44,329 nt of DNA from Candidatus Gottesmanbacteria bacterium RIFCSPHIGHO2_02_FULL_40_13 (lineage in GTDB: Bacteria > Patescibacteriota > Microgenomatia > 2-02-FULL-39-11). The DNA is taken from assembly GCA_001779235.1 (NCBI GenBank), contig MFJN01000034.1:11202-55530 (forward strand), written 5' to 3'. This document shows, one piece after another, positions 36,206 to 44,329 of this stretch. A program made the translations under genes and the position numbers. How positions within the stretch are numbered: the stretch's first letter is position 1; the number at the start of each line of letters is the position of its first letter. Under the pieces are notes generated by a model, which ran no database searches, was not told the DNA's origin, and saw only the letters and a list, made by a program, of their open reading frames with translations.

Positions 36206-37943
36206 GTTTTAAAAAACTCAATAATTTATCAAAATTATAAACTCCTAAATTCTTACCGTCTCTTGACCTTAGGTTCACATTTATATTTTTATAATTTAAA
36301 TTGTCCAGTGTAATTTCTTTATCTCCGATTATACCTAAGAATGGCACCTTTTGTAAAGTTGCCTGGCGGATTTTAGATTGCATTGATTCCTGCCGGTCAT
36401 CCACATCCACTCTGATTCGCTGTGTTTTCAGTTCATCTCTTAAGATATTTGCAGCTTTTTGATGTCTGTCGGCGATGGGTATCAGAGTTAATTGGACAGG
36501 AGCAAGCCAGACGGGAAAGGCTCCGGCAAAATGTTCAATCAAAATTCCAAAGAATCTGTCGACCGATCCAAGGATAGCCACATGTAGTACGGCAGGTCGT
36601 TCTTCTTTGCCATTCTCGTTTATGTACTTCATGTCGAAGTTCTCAGGTTGTACAAAGTCGAGTTGAACTGTGGTTAATTGCCACTCACGACCCAAGGAGT
36701 CTTTAACCATGACATCTATTTTTGGGCCATAGAACGCTGCTTCGCCTTCGGCAACAAAGTATTCAACATCTTGTGACTTCATTGCATCAACCAGTGCTTT
36801 TTCAGCACGATCCCAATTTTTTACTTCACCTAAATACTTGTCTGGATTTTTGGGATCGCGAACAGATATGCGCGCTTTATAATTCTTAAACCCAAAAGTT
36901 TCATATACGTGGAACGTGAGGTCTATAACCTTTTGAATTTCAGCTGATATGTCTTGGTCTCTGACGAATGCATGAGTATCGTCTTGAGTGAGCGCTCGTA
37001 CTCGAAAGAGTCCGTTGAGTTCACCTGCCTTTTCGTATCGATAGACCGTGGCATTTTCAGCCAAATATAATGGTAATTCACGATAACTGCGGGGACGGAC
37101 ATTGAAAATCTGGAAGTGGTGTGGACAATTCATAGGTTTGAGAACGTATTCATCGTCATCAACTTTCATGGGGTTGAACATTGCGTCGAATTTTTGCCAA
37201 TGACCCGATTGTTTGTACAAATCGCTTTTTCCGATATGTGGTGTCCACACAAATTGAAACCCGCGTTTTTCTTTTTCCTCGATAAGCCAATTTTCCAATA
37301 ATCTTTTTAGCAAAGCGCCTTTTGGCATATACAATGGGAATCCAGAACCAACCGATGGACTGATCAAAAATAGTTCGAGTTCTTTACTTATTTTTTTATG
37401 ATCCCTTTTTTTAGCTTCATCCTGGCGAAGGAGAAAATCTTCAAGTTCTTTAGCGGTTGGAAAACAAGTTCCGTATATTCTGGTTAACATTTTATTTTTT
37501 TCGCTGCCGCGCCAGTACGCACCGGCAACGGAAAGAAGTTTGAAATGGGTAAGTTCTTTATCCGGGTGCTCTACATGACCCATTTTGCAAAGGTCAAGGA
37601 AATTACCGGGATTATTAGTCATGAGCTTTTTGCCGCCTTTGGCAAATTCTTCTGCCATCTCGATCTTATAAGGGTTCTCTTTAAAAAGCTTTTTTGCCTC
37701 TGCCAAAGTCACTTCATTGTATGTGAAACTTTTCCACATCGGAAGGATTTGCCTCATTTTTTCTTCAATTTTCGGTAAATCTGATTCGGAAATTTTCGTC
37801 TCACCGAAATCAAAATCCTGGTAGAAGCCGTTTTCGATAGACGGTCCTATGCCGTTATGTGTGCCCGGCCATAAATCTTTTACTGATTTAGCCAGTAAAT
37901 GTGCGCATGAATGGCGGAGGTTATCCAACAGTTTATTATCCAT
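36183..37943 (-). CDS. thrS: Threonine--tRNA ligase (no TGS domain)
   Basis: RHSCAHLLA, DLC.MGH, GAYWRG, RDHKK, KPMNCPHH, AFYGPKID. Confidence 0.97.
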   Translation of the reverse strand: MDNKLLDNLRHSCAHLLAKSVKDLWPGTHNGIGPSIENGFYQDFDFGETKISESDLPKIEEKMRQILPMWKSFTYNEVTLAEAKKLFKENPYKIEMAEEFAKGGKKLMTNNPGNFLDLCKMGHVEHPDKELTHFKLLSVAGAYWRGSEKNKMLTRIYGTCFPTAKELEDFLLRQDEAKKRDHKKISKELELFLISPSVGSGFPLYMPKGALLKRLLENWLIEEKEKRGFQFVWTPHIGKSDLYKQSGHWQKFDAMFNPMKVDDDEYVLKPMNCPHHFQIFNVRPRSYRELPLYLAENATVYRYEKAGELNGLFRVRALTQDDTHAFVRDQDISAEIQKVIDLTFHVYETFGFKNYKARISVRDPKNPDKYLGEVKNWDRAEKALVDAMKSQDVEYFVAEGEAAFYGPKIDVMVKDSLGREWQLTTVQLDFVQPENFDMKYINENGKEERPAVLHVAILGSVDRFFGILIEHFAGAFPVWLAPVQLTLIPIADRHQKAANILRDELKTQRIRVDVDDRQESMQSKIRQATLQKVPFLGIIGDKEITLDNLNYKNINVNLRSRDGKNLGVYNFDKLLSFLKLEIDNKN

Positions 37944-37960
37944 ACAGATTTTTTTTCAAT

Positions 37961-38100
37961 AAAAAATCCGCCCTGCTTGCGATCCTGTACCTGCTGGTAC
38001 CGGAGGTTCCATCGCAATTTTTGCGGATTACTTAATTATGCTTTGTTACGTAAAGCTGCCGGTTACACTTTGAGGTTGGTAATCTCATGCAAACGTGTAT
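37961..38100 (-). promoter_or_regulatory. Putative compact T-box riboswitch upstream of thrS
   Basis: Antiterminator-like TTGCGA-[TGGAACC]-TCC...GGA-TCGCAA, a short 5' stem with ACC (Thr) in its apical loop, a downstream U tract, and a TTGACG-N18-TAAAAT promoter upstream. Confidence 0.65.
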
Positions 38101-38188
38101 ACATTTATTTTACTCTATAGGAGTCTATTTCGTCAAGCTAGTAAAAATTAAACTCTTATCTTATATGCGGTCGCTTTTTTATAAGATG

Positions 38189-38347
38189 TTAATTATTCTG
38201 TTGGAAGTGACGAAATTGGTAGGCAGAAGGACAGATCTTGTTTAATAAACATTCATTGCATTTCGGTTTTTTGGCATCGCAAATGAGTCGTCCGTGTTCA
38301 ATCAAAAAATAAGTCAGTTTGAACCAATGTTTTTTATCAAATAATTT
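38189..38347 (-). pseudogene. nth: Orphan 3' fragment of endonuclease III ([4Fe-4S] motif)
   Basis: KLFDKKHWFKLTYFLIEHGRLICDAKKPKCNECLLNKICPSAYQFRHFQQNN*, with HGR and C-X6-C-X2-C-X5-C; an in-frame TAG lies upstream and there is no ATG. Confidence 0.85.
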
Positions 38348-38350
38348 ACC

Positions 38351-38414
38351 GGTGGACTAAAGAGGATTCCCCGCCTGCCAGCGCTGTGCGTTAGCATTGC
38401 GGGCAGTGAACTCC
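38351..38414 (-). pseudogene. tRNA 3'-end remnant with a 38-bp palindromic insert in the T-loop
   Basis: Minus strand GGAGTTC-[38370-38407]-GAATCCTCTTTAGTCCACC. Confidence 0.55.
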
Positions 38415-38421
38415 GTCGTTG

Positions 38422-38493
38422 TGCGCGCATATGGATTTGAACCATAGGCCTCTTCGATGTCAACGAAGCGCTCTACCGCTGAGCTATGCGCGC
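38422..38493 (-). tRNA. tRNA-Val (GAC)
   Basis: GCGCGCATAGCTCAGCGGTAGAGCGCTTCGTTGACATCGAAGAGGCCTATGGTTCAAATCCATATGCGCGCA forms a cloverleaf; CCA not encoded. Confidence 0.95.
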
Positions 38494-38626
38494 GTCTTAC
38501 CAGCTCATTTCACAGTTTATCATTATAAGGCGATTTGTTCCAATTTACAATAAATTATCAGATTGCTATACTAAGAGCTCGCTCCTAAATAACGTTTACG
38601 ATTATTTAGGATTGCAGCTCTGTTTA

Positions 38627-40003
38627 ATGAATTCCAAAAAAAGTACTGCCGTTATTTATATTTCAAACATGTCGGAAGATGTATGGCCATTTATCTCTGC
38701 CATGTCTTCTTCGTATGAAAGAGAGAGTGAAATTCAGGAGAACGCCAGATTATCGGAACACGATTTATACAACTTTTTTGGATGTGATGATTGCCTGATA
38801 ATTCTTCCGATGCCGCCCGATCCCCATTTTTACCAGTATTTTAGGTCATTGTCAAAAAATCAAAACTTTACGGTCATGCCGACTAAAATTCATACAGGTG
38901 AGATCAGTAAAGATATTTTAAATGATATCGAGATCATGGACGAAATAGAACGATTTGCCTCAAATTACAGCAAAGTTAAACTTATCAGCTACACTGCTTC
39001 CGAACAATTTATAAAATTATCTTCATATATCCAAAATAAATATAAGAATATTGTTTTAGCTGAATCGCCAAGTGAGGCAGATTCCTGGGTAGTAGATTTC
39101 TATGGCAGTAAATCAGGGATCAGGCAATTATCCCAGCAATTCAAAGCCGATGAGCCTGATTTTAAAATGGCAGGCGGCCTGATTACGGTGGGAATAGTAA
39201 ACTCGGCTAAAATTGCAGCTAACATGTATATTAAAAACGGCGGAATTGTCCTAAAAACTAACAAAGGCCATTCAGGAGCTGGAATTATAATATATAAACC
39301 CGGTGACTTGTCCCGCAATTATAATGATTGTGAAAAATCAATACTCCAAAGTTTAGACGGAGAGAAATACTGGCAGGAATTTCCAATTATTCTCGAAAAA
39401 TATATCGAACCAAATAATCATATAGGCTGGGCGTATCCCAATATCGAATTTAAAATCCATCAAAAAGGCCGTATTGAAATGTTATATTACTGTACTTGCA
39501 GAATAACCGATAAAGGTGTTTTTAAAGGAATTGAAATTCATGAAAACGTCCTGCCGGACAAAATATCGGCTCAACTTATAGATACAGGCTATTTTATTGG
39601 AGAAAAGTATGCAGAAGAAGGTTATAGAGGATATTTCGATGTAGATTTTATTACGGCCAAAAATAATCACCTATTTGTAACAGAATCTAATATCAGGCGT
39701 ACAGGGGGGACTCACGTTTATTATTTAGCTAAAGCCTTGTATGGTGATAATTTCATGCATGATATTTATTCTCTTTCCAATAATCTGTACAACCTTAAAA
39801 CAATAAACAGCATTAAAAGCGAAAATCTTTTTACTATTTTGGAGCCGGTCATGTTTAGCAGTAGAAAAATGGAAGGATGCATCATCACCGGTACTTCTCT
39901 TTTGGCACAAAAAGCTTACGGTTATGTGATTTTTGGGAGAACAGCATTACGGGCTCGTAAAATTGAAGTGGAAATGGAAACCTTGCTTACCCGGTTTGGG
40001 TAG
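38627..40003 (+). CDS. ATP-grasp fold protein (preATP-grasp/PGM1-like peptide ligase architecture)
   Basis: GSKS, VLKTNKGHSGAG, ILEKYI, GYFDVDF, ESNIRRTGGT. Start MNSKK chosen because 38486 overlaps tRNA-Val. Confidence 0.75.
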   Translation: MNSKKSTAVIYISNMSEDVWPFISAMSSSYERESEIQENARLSEHDLYNFFGCDDCLIILPMPPDPHFYQYFRSLSKNQNFTVMPTKIHTGEISKDILNDIEIMDEIERFASNYSKVKLISYTASEQFIKLSSYIQNKYKNIVLAESPSEADSWVVDFYGSKSGIRQLSQQFKADEPDFKMAGGLITVGIVNSAKIAANMYIKNGGIVLKTNKGHSGAGIIIYKPGDLSRNYNDCEKSILQSLDGEKYWQEFPIILEKYIEPNNHIGWAYPNIEFKIHQKGRIEMLYYCTCRITDKGVFKGIEIHENVLPDKISAQLIDTGYFIGEKYAEEGYRGYFDVDFITAKNNHLFVTESNIRRTGGTHVYYLAKALYGDNFMHDIYSLSNNLYNLKTINSIKSENLFTILEPVMFSSRKMEGCIITGTSLLAQKAYGYVIFGRTALRARKIEVEMETLLTRFG

Positions 40004-40574
40004 ACAGCCCTCTTTCCTGAGACATGCCAAACGAAGTTCCGTGTTTTTTATACATTTTCCAATATCCTAATCTCTTTTTCTTTTTTTGATTAAAAGTCTG
40101 CAGCCATATTCTTCCTTCGTTAACTTTCATTCTTAGTTGTTTTACGAGTCCTATCATCCATTCGAAAAATCTGATGTAATATATTCCGCCTTCACTCGGA
40201 ATTTGAGCCACCTTAATCTTGGCAATTTCACCGCTTAGGGCTTTTTCAGATTGTTCAAGAAGTGAAACCTGTTCTTTCAACTGCTTTAGAAGTTGGGATG
40301 TTTCATGTTTTATCATCTGGTCTGCATGGCGTTCACCATGGGTAAAGATTAAAGTTTCTGATTTAGAGTTGCGGGGGGTTTGCTTTTCCTGATAAGGTGA
40401 ATACTCGGATGATGTTTTTTTACCGAAAAGCTGATCAATCATGCTGCCGGGGTTGACAAGATTTTTTACCTGTTGAGACAGCGTATTATTGTATGAGGCT
40501 TGCTGTTTGTATTTTTCAGGATTATCATCCCCCCACGGGCTTATATTCGCTTTTTGTTTATGCGTTTGAGTCAT
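39987..40574 (-). CDS. CPR conserved protein, DUF5660-like
   Basis: Coiled coil followed by G.YY.RFFE, W...F..KKKK..YW...KK.GT.F. Confidence 0.65.
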   Translation of the reverse strand: MTQTHKQKANISPWGDDNPEKYKQQASYNNTLSQQVKNLVNPGSMIDQLFGKKTSSEYSPYQEKQTPRNSKSETLIFTHGERHADQMIKHETSQLLKQLKEQVSLLEQSEKALSGEIAKIKVAQIPSEGGIYYIRFFEWMIGLVKQLRMKVNEGRIWLQTFNQKKKKRLGYWKMYKKHGTSFGMSQERGLSTQTG

Positions 40575-40628
40575 GATTTTCGAGCAGAATTATAGTTTAT
40601 GGTTTCACCGAAAATTCCCACTATTATA

Positions 40629-41477
40629 CTATAGGTTCTTAAGAAAATCAAGGGTTTTTTGCTGTCTGATAAGGTGAGCCAGGTAATAACTGTCCTTTTT
40701 CAGTTTCTCCCGTTCTTCTTCTTTCTCGACCTTGGCAATAATATCATCTATATCTTTCTGGTTGACCTGTATTTTTTCCTGATCGGCTATTTCATTCAGG
40801 GCAAATTCCAAACTTAAATTTTTTCGGGCTTGAATTTGATATTCCTGCCTTAACTGGCCGGAAGTTTTTCCTTTTGCCATCAGGTATTGTTCAACAGTCA
40901 TCCCTAACTTTTTAGTTTGATCTATAAGATCAGACAGGAGACGGTTCACTTCCTGTTCTAGAAGTATGTCTGACATGTCTACTTCCGCTTCGTCCGTAAT
41001 TGTTTTCACCAGTTCATCAAGGGAAGGTATCGGAGGTTTTTCCTCTTTCTTGTCTTTACCGGGAACCCATATTTTAACCTTAGATTTTTTCAGATCCTGT
41101 ATTTTTTTCTTATATTCCTTCAGGTTGACTTTGGGAAAAAGGGCGATGGTGGTTTTAATAACCCAATCTTCATTTTCTTTGGCCTTTGTTATTTCCAATT
41201 TAGGATTAGATATGGGCTTTAAGTTATGTTCTTTAACGGCTTCAGCATACGCTTTAGGAAGAATTTTCTGTACTACCTGTTCGTAAACTTTAGTTTTATC
41301 GATATGTTTTTCAGCAATAGTTTTTGGCGCTTTACCCTTGCGGAAACCTGATATTTCCAGTTGACTGACGGAATCAGTGAATATCTCATCGAAGGTTGTT
41401 TTAATATCTGTCCAGGGAATTTGGATCTCAATTTCAGCTGTCTGAGTAGGCAAATTTATTACTTTTGATGTAATCAT
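40629..41477 (-). CDS. tig: Trigger factor lacking the PPIase domain
   Basis: GFRKGKAP ribosome-binding signature and a C-terminal SurA-like domain; only 282 aa. Confidence 0.92.
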   Translation of the reverse strand: MITSKVINLPTQTAEIEIQIPWTDIKTTFDEIFTDSVSQLEISGFRKGKAPKTIAEKHIDKTKVYEQVVQKILPKAYAEAVKEHNLKPISNPKLEITKAKENEDWVIKTTIALFPKVNLKEYKKKIQDLKKSKVKIWVPGKDKKEEKPPIPSLDELVKTITDEAEVDMSDILLEQEVNRLLSDLIDQTKKLGMTVEQYLMAKGKTSGQLRQEYQIQARKNLSLEFALNEIADQEKIQVNQKDIDDIIAKVEKEEEREKLKKDSYYLAHLIRQQKTLDFLKNL

Positions 41478-41547
41478 AAAAATATATTATACCATAAATA
41501 TAGATTAAGTGTAGCCTGCCCGCCCGCCCGCCTGCCGATCAATTTAG

Positions 41548-41646
41548 TGCCGGAGAGAGGAATCCCCGCCTGCAATGCCTTCGGCATAGCCGATGGCGGG
41601 CAGGGAACCTCGAGAGGTTTCCCCATCCCGCTAAGCGGGACGCGTC
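41548..41646 (-). pseudogene. Degenerate type II (Leu-like) tRNA remnant lacking its 5' end, with a 40-bp insert in the T-loop
   Basis: Minus strand GACGCG-TCCCGCTTAGCGGGA-TGGGGAAACCTCTC-GAGGTTC-[41565-41604]-GATTCCTC-TCTCCGGCA. Confidence 0.65.
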
Positions 41647-41668
41647 CGCATAACATAGTTTTTTTCTG

Positions 41669-41750
41669 TGCCAGGGGGGAGAATTGAACTCCCACGTCTT
41701 ACGACACACGCTCCTAAAGCGTGCCTGTCTACCGATTTCAGCACCCTGGC
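41669..41750 (-). tRNA. tRNA-Leu (TAG)
   Basis: GCCAGGGTGCTGAAATCGGTAGACAGGCACGCTTTAGGAGCGTGTGTCGTAAGACGTGGGAGTTCAATTCTCCCCCCTGGCA, with a long variable arm. Confidence 0.95.
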
Positions 41751-41935
41751 TATTAAATAAATTATACGAGATTTCAGCCGAATTTAGAAGCTAAGGCTTT
41801 AAAATTAATATATTTAATTTATAATTATAAGGCTTATAATAAATTGATGAGAATAAAAAAATCCTAAAGCCATCTGACAAAAGTCCGACAACCTTAGGAT
41901 CTAAACAGGCATTATAATATATTATTATAGGATAG

Positions 41936-42529
41936 TCAAGGGGCAGATATATTGACTTCTATTTCTTTGATTTTACTGATAAAAAAATTTACTCCGTACG
42001 ACCACTGTCCTGTGCTGTTGGGATTCCACTTATCTTCAAGCAGTGTAATATTTGTCAACCCATTTTTAAAGTAGGATTGTTTGATGGTTTTGGCTACCTG
42101 TGAAATGGCTTCCTGATATGAATTAAAAGATAGAGAATTTTTACCGTAGATTCCCAAACCCCAGCAGTTAAATGAATTTAAAGGTATATTTTTACACCCT
42201 CCTGATTCCTGCATGGAAATAGCGGGTATTATTTTATAATCCAAACCCCAGCTGTCTGAGGCATTAACAATAAAATCTGCTTCATTTTCCAGGTCGGAAT
42301 GATAAGTGCTGAAAAATTTCTGAAGAACTGAAATTCTGATATCTTTTTGAGGATCTTTACCGGTCATATCACTTAATTGATTTTGACTTTCAGGTGATTT
42401 AGCCAGGACAATCGAATTTGTCTGAGGTAACGCTGATTTTTGAAGCGGATCAAGGAGTAATCCGAAAGAAAGTATCAGTAAAATTAGGGAAAGGTTAAAC
42501 CAGATTGGGGTATAAATAAGCAGTTTCAT
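41936..42529 (-). CDS. Membrane-anchored lysozyme-like/glucosaminidase-like protein
   Basis: N-terminal TM helix, IPAISMQESGG and NCWG.G motifs. Confidence 0.65.
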   Translation of the reverse strand: MKLLIYTPIWFNLSLILLILSFGLLLDPLQKSALPQTNSIVLAKSPESQNQLSDMTGKDPQKDIRISVLQKFFSTYHSDLENEADFIVNASDSWGLDYKIIPAISMQESGGCKNIPLNSFNCWGLGIYGKNSLSFNSYQEAISQVAKTIKQSYFKNGLTNITLLEDKWNPNSTGQWSYGVNFFISKIKEIEVNISAP

Positions 42530-42583
42530 TTAAATTACAAGAATGACATAAGAACACCTTAATGTCAAGTTTTTTGGGGAAAA

Positions 42584-43153
42584 TTATTTACCGGATCTTT
42601 CCAGGTAATTTCCGCTTTCCGGATCAATGGCGATGATATCTCCTTTTTTGATAAAGAGAGGGACCGTAACTTTTGCTCCTGTTTCAATCACGACGACCTT
42701 TTTAGCTCCGGTAACGGTATTGCCTCTCGCTCCGTCATCGGCTTCGATAACTTCCAAATTCACTTTTTTCGGATAACGCATACCAACAGCCAGGTCATTA
42801 TGGATGAGAATCTGATATATCTGGCCTTCTTTAATGTAATTTTTAAAATTTCCGACAATTATTTCCGGAAGATTCAGCTGTTCGTAAGTTTTATTATTCA
42901 TAAACGTAAAACCTTCTTTATCCTTATATAGGTATTGCATTTCCTTTACAAAGATGGGAATTTCTTCAACTGTTTCTCCTGATTTATAGGTAAACTCAAG
43001 CACTTTATCGCTTTTAAGGGCTTTTAATTTAGTTCTGACAAATGCCGAACCCTTACCGGGATTGACGTGTTTAAATTCCACAATCTGGTAGGGTTCTTCC
43101 CTGAACTTGATAAACATGCCTTTTTGAAAATCGCTCGTTGATATTTTACTCAT
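42584..43153 (-). CDS. efp: Elongation factor P
   Basis: HVNPGKGSAFVR, MQYLY, TYEQ, ETG..V.VPLFI. Confidence 0.97.
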   Translation of the reverse strand: MSKISTSDFQKGMFIKFREEPYQIVEFKHVNPGKGSAFVRTKLKALKSDKVLEFTYKSGETVEEIPIFVKEMQYLYKDKEGFTFMNNKTYEQLNLPEIIVGNFKNYIKEGQIYQILIHNDLAVGMRYPKKVNLEVIEADDGARGNTVTGAKKVVVIETGAKVTVPLFIKKGDIIAIDPESGNYLERSGK

Positions 43154-43158
43154 AGATA

Positions 43159-44229
43159 TTATTTCTTATTATCCAACATTTCACTAAATGGAAATAGAAG
43201 TACTTCGTCAATACTGACACTGTCAGTAAACAGCATCACTAATCTATCTATGCCCAATGCTGCTCCTGAACACACAGGAAGTCCATATTGTAAAGCATCA
43301 AGAAATTCATTGTCAATTGTGCGGGTTGTTATTTTTTTATTCTTAATCAATTGAAATTCGTTCCGGAAACGCTTTTTCTGTTCAGAATAATCTGTCAATT
43401 CGCTGTAGCAATCAACCAGTTCCAAACCTGCAATATAGATTTCAAAACGTTCCGACACAAGAGGATTTGATTTTTTAAGTGTAGCCAGAGCCGCTAAGAC
43501 ACTTGGATATTCATAGATAATAGTAGGCCGGTCATTTCCTAAATATTGTTCAATTTCGTTTAAAAAAAACTGGTTGAATATCTCCTCCCAGGTATTAGTA
43601 ATACTGGTTTGATAGCCTTTTTTCCTGGCTACATGCCGTATTTTATCTGCAGTAAGATAAGGTTTGTCCTCATCGTCGATCAATTCTTTTAAACTTATTT
43701 GGGCGTATTTTTGTAGAGCATGATCGACAGTCAATCTTTCCCATGGTAAATATATATCAATTTTTTTATTTTGGTAGACAAGATTATGTTTTTTATTATC
43801 AATTGTTTTATAAATAAAGCGGAATAGTCTTTCACAATCTGTCATCAAATCATAATAATTAGCATTTATCCGGTACCATTCCAGAATTGTAAATTCCGGA
43901 TTATGCAAATCAGATCCGGTTTCTCCGTTACGGAAACTTTTCGTGATTTCAAAACAATTACCGATGCCTCCTGCCAATAGTTTTTTTAAAGAGGCTTCCG
44001 GTGAAGTGGTAAGAAAGAGAGAGGTTTTTCGGCCTGATCTGGTACTAAATTCAGTTTTAAAAACATTAAGGTAGGATTCAGGTATTAAAGCCGGGACCAG
44101 AAGCGGTGTTTCAACTTCGTGGAACTTTTCCTGATAAAAATACTCTCTAATGGCTTTTATTATTTTTTCCCTCAGGAAATATTTTTGTAAAAACTCCGGA
44201 TTTTCTTTAAGCTTACGCCAAATTTTCAT
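43159..44229 (-). CDS. epmA: EF-P lysine aminoacylase (LysRS catalytic-domain paralog)
   Basis: EVETP, L.TSPE..LKKLLA, FRNGE...HNPEFTILEWY, RFE.Y..G.EL, GLP.CSG.ALGIDRL; no anticodon-binding domain; adjacent to efp. Confidence 0.9.
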   Translation of the reverse strand: MKIWRKLKENPEFLQKYFLREKIIKAIREYFYQEKFHEVETPLLVPALIPESYLNVFKTEFSTRSGRKTSLFLTTSPEASLKKLLAGGIGNCFEITKSFRNGETGSDLHNPEFTILEWYRINANYYDLMTDCERLFRFIYKTIDNKKHNLVYQNKKIDIYLPWERLTVDHALQKYAQISLKELIDDEDKPYLTADKIRHVARKKGYQTSITNTWEEIFNQFFLNEIEQYLGNDRPTIIYEYPSVLAALATLKKSNPLVSERFEIYIAGLELVDCYSELTDYSEQKKRFRNEFQLIKNKKITTRTIDNEFLDALQYGLPVCSGAALGIDRLVMLFTDSVSIDEVLLFPFSEMLDNKK

Positions 44230-44329
44230 AAATATATTATCGTTTGTTCTTACAGTTATTTAAGAAATATATATATACCCATCTTACTCCGGTTTGCAAC
44301 CCGAAGGGGCAGCAAAGCGGATTAGAGGG

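Noticed and set aside
37911..38120. 69-aa + strand ORF, or a Thr leader peptide upstream of thrS
   Set aside because: The ORF is antisense to the thrS leader, and I saw no Thr-rich peptide on the sense strand; RNA structure explains the region better.
38201..38235. GGAAGTGACGAAATTGGTAGGC on the + strand resembling a tRNA-Leu 5' half (split tRNA idea)
   Set aside because: Fully explained as the reverse complement of the nth coding remnant; no matching arms follow.
38486..38626. N-terminal extension of the ATP-grasp ORF
   Set aside because: Overlaps tRNA-Val and its divergent promoter region; the ATG at 38627 is more plausible.
41474..41695. 73-aa minus-strand ORF
   Set aside because: Runs through tRNA-Leu, the tRNA remnant and palindromic repeats.
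43159..44229. Calling this gene lysS
   Set aside because: It lacks the anticodon-binding domain, has the TSPE and LEWY signatures of EpmA, and sits next to efp.
1..44329. UGA recoding (genetic code 25)
   Set aside because: TGA ends conserved genes at their expected lengths (rpmF, rplT, aroF).

Overview
A 44.3-kb chromosomal window read in genetic code 11, most likely from a Patescibacteria/CPR (Microgenomates-like) bacterium. This is inferred from gene content: DUF5660-like gene, PPIase-less trigger factor, TGS-less ThrRS, no rimM between KH and trmD, near-leaderless promoters. Left (1-13.8 kb, + strand): a type IV pilus locus (3' end of a minor pilin, a 1181-aa Cys-rich/Pro-Thr surface protein, PilX-like, PilM/N/O) interrupted by a very divergent SecA paralog and two orphan membrane proteins. 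Middle: housekeeping genes (trmD, KH, rpsP, rnc, acp, nusB, rpmF, recG, tyrS, class A PBP). The main feature is a 10-gene shikimate-to-phenylalanine operon sitting between rplT and pheST. It is headed by a consensus promoter, an unannotated 25-aa leader peptide containing W-Y-Y-F-Y-F, and a full 1:2/2:3/3:4 attenuator, so it appears to be an attenuator responding to all three aromatic amino acids. thrS carries a compact T-box-like leader. tRNA-Val and tRNA-Leu are each followed by a tRNA 3' remnant whose T-loop is interrupted by the same nested palindromic element; one remnant abuts an orphan 3' end of nth. Right end: ATP-grasp protein, DUF5660-like, tig, a lysozyme-like hydrolase, efp and epmA. 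All family assignments are from motif recognition by eye; no searches were run.
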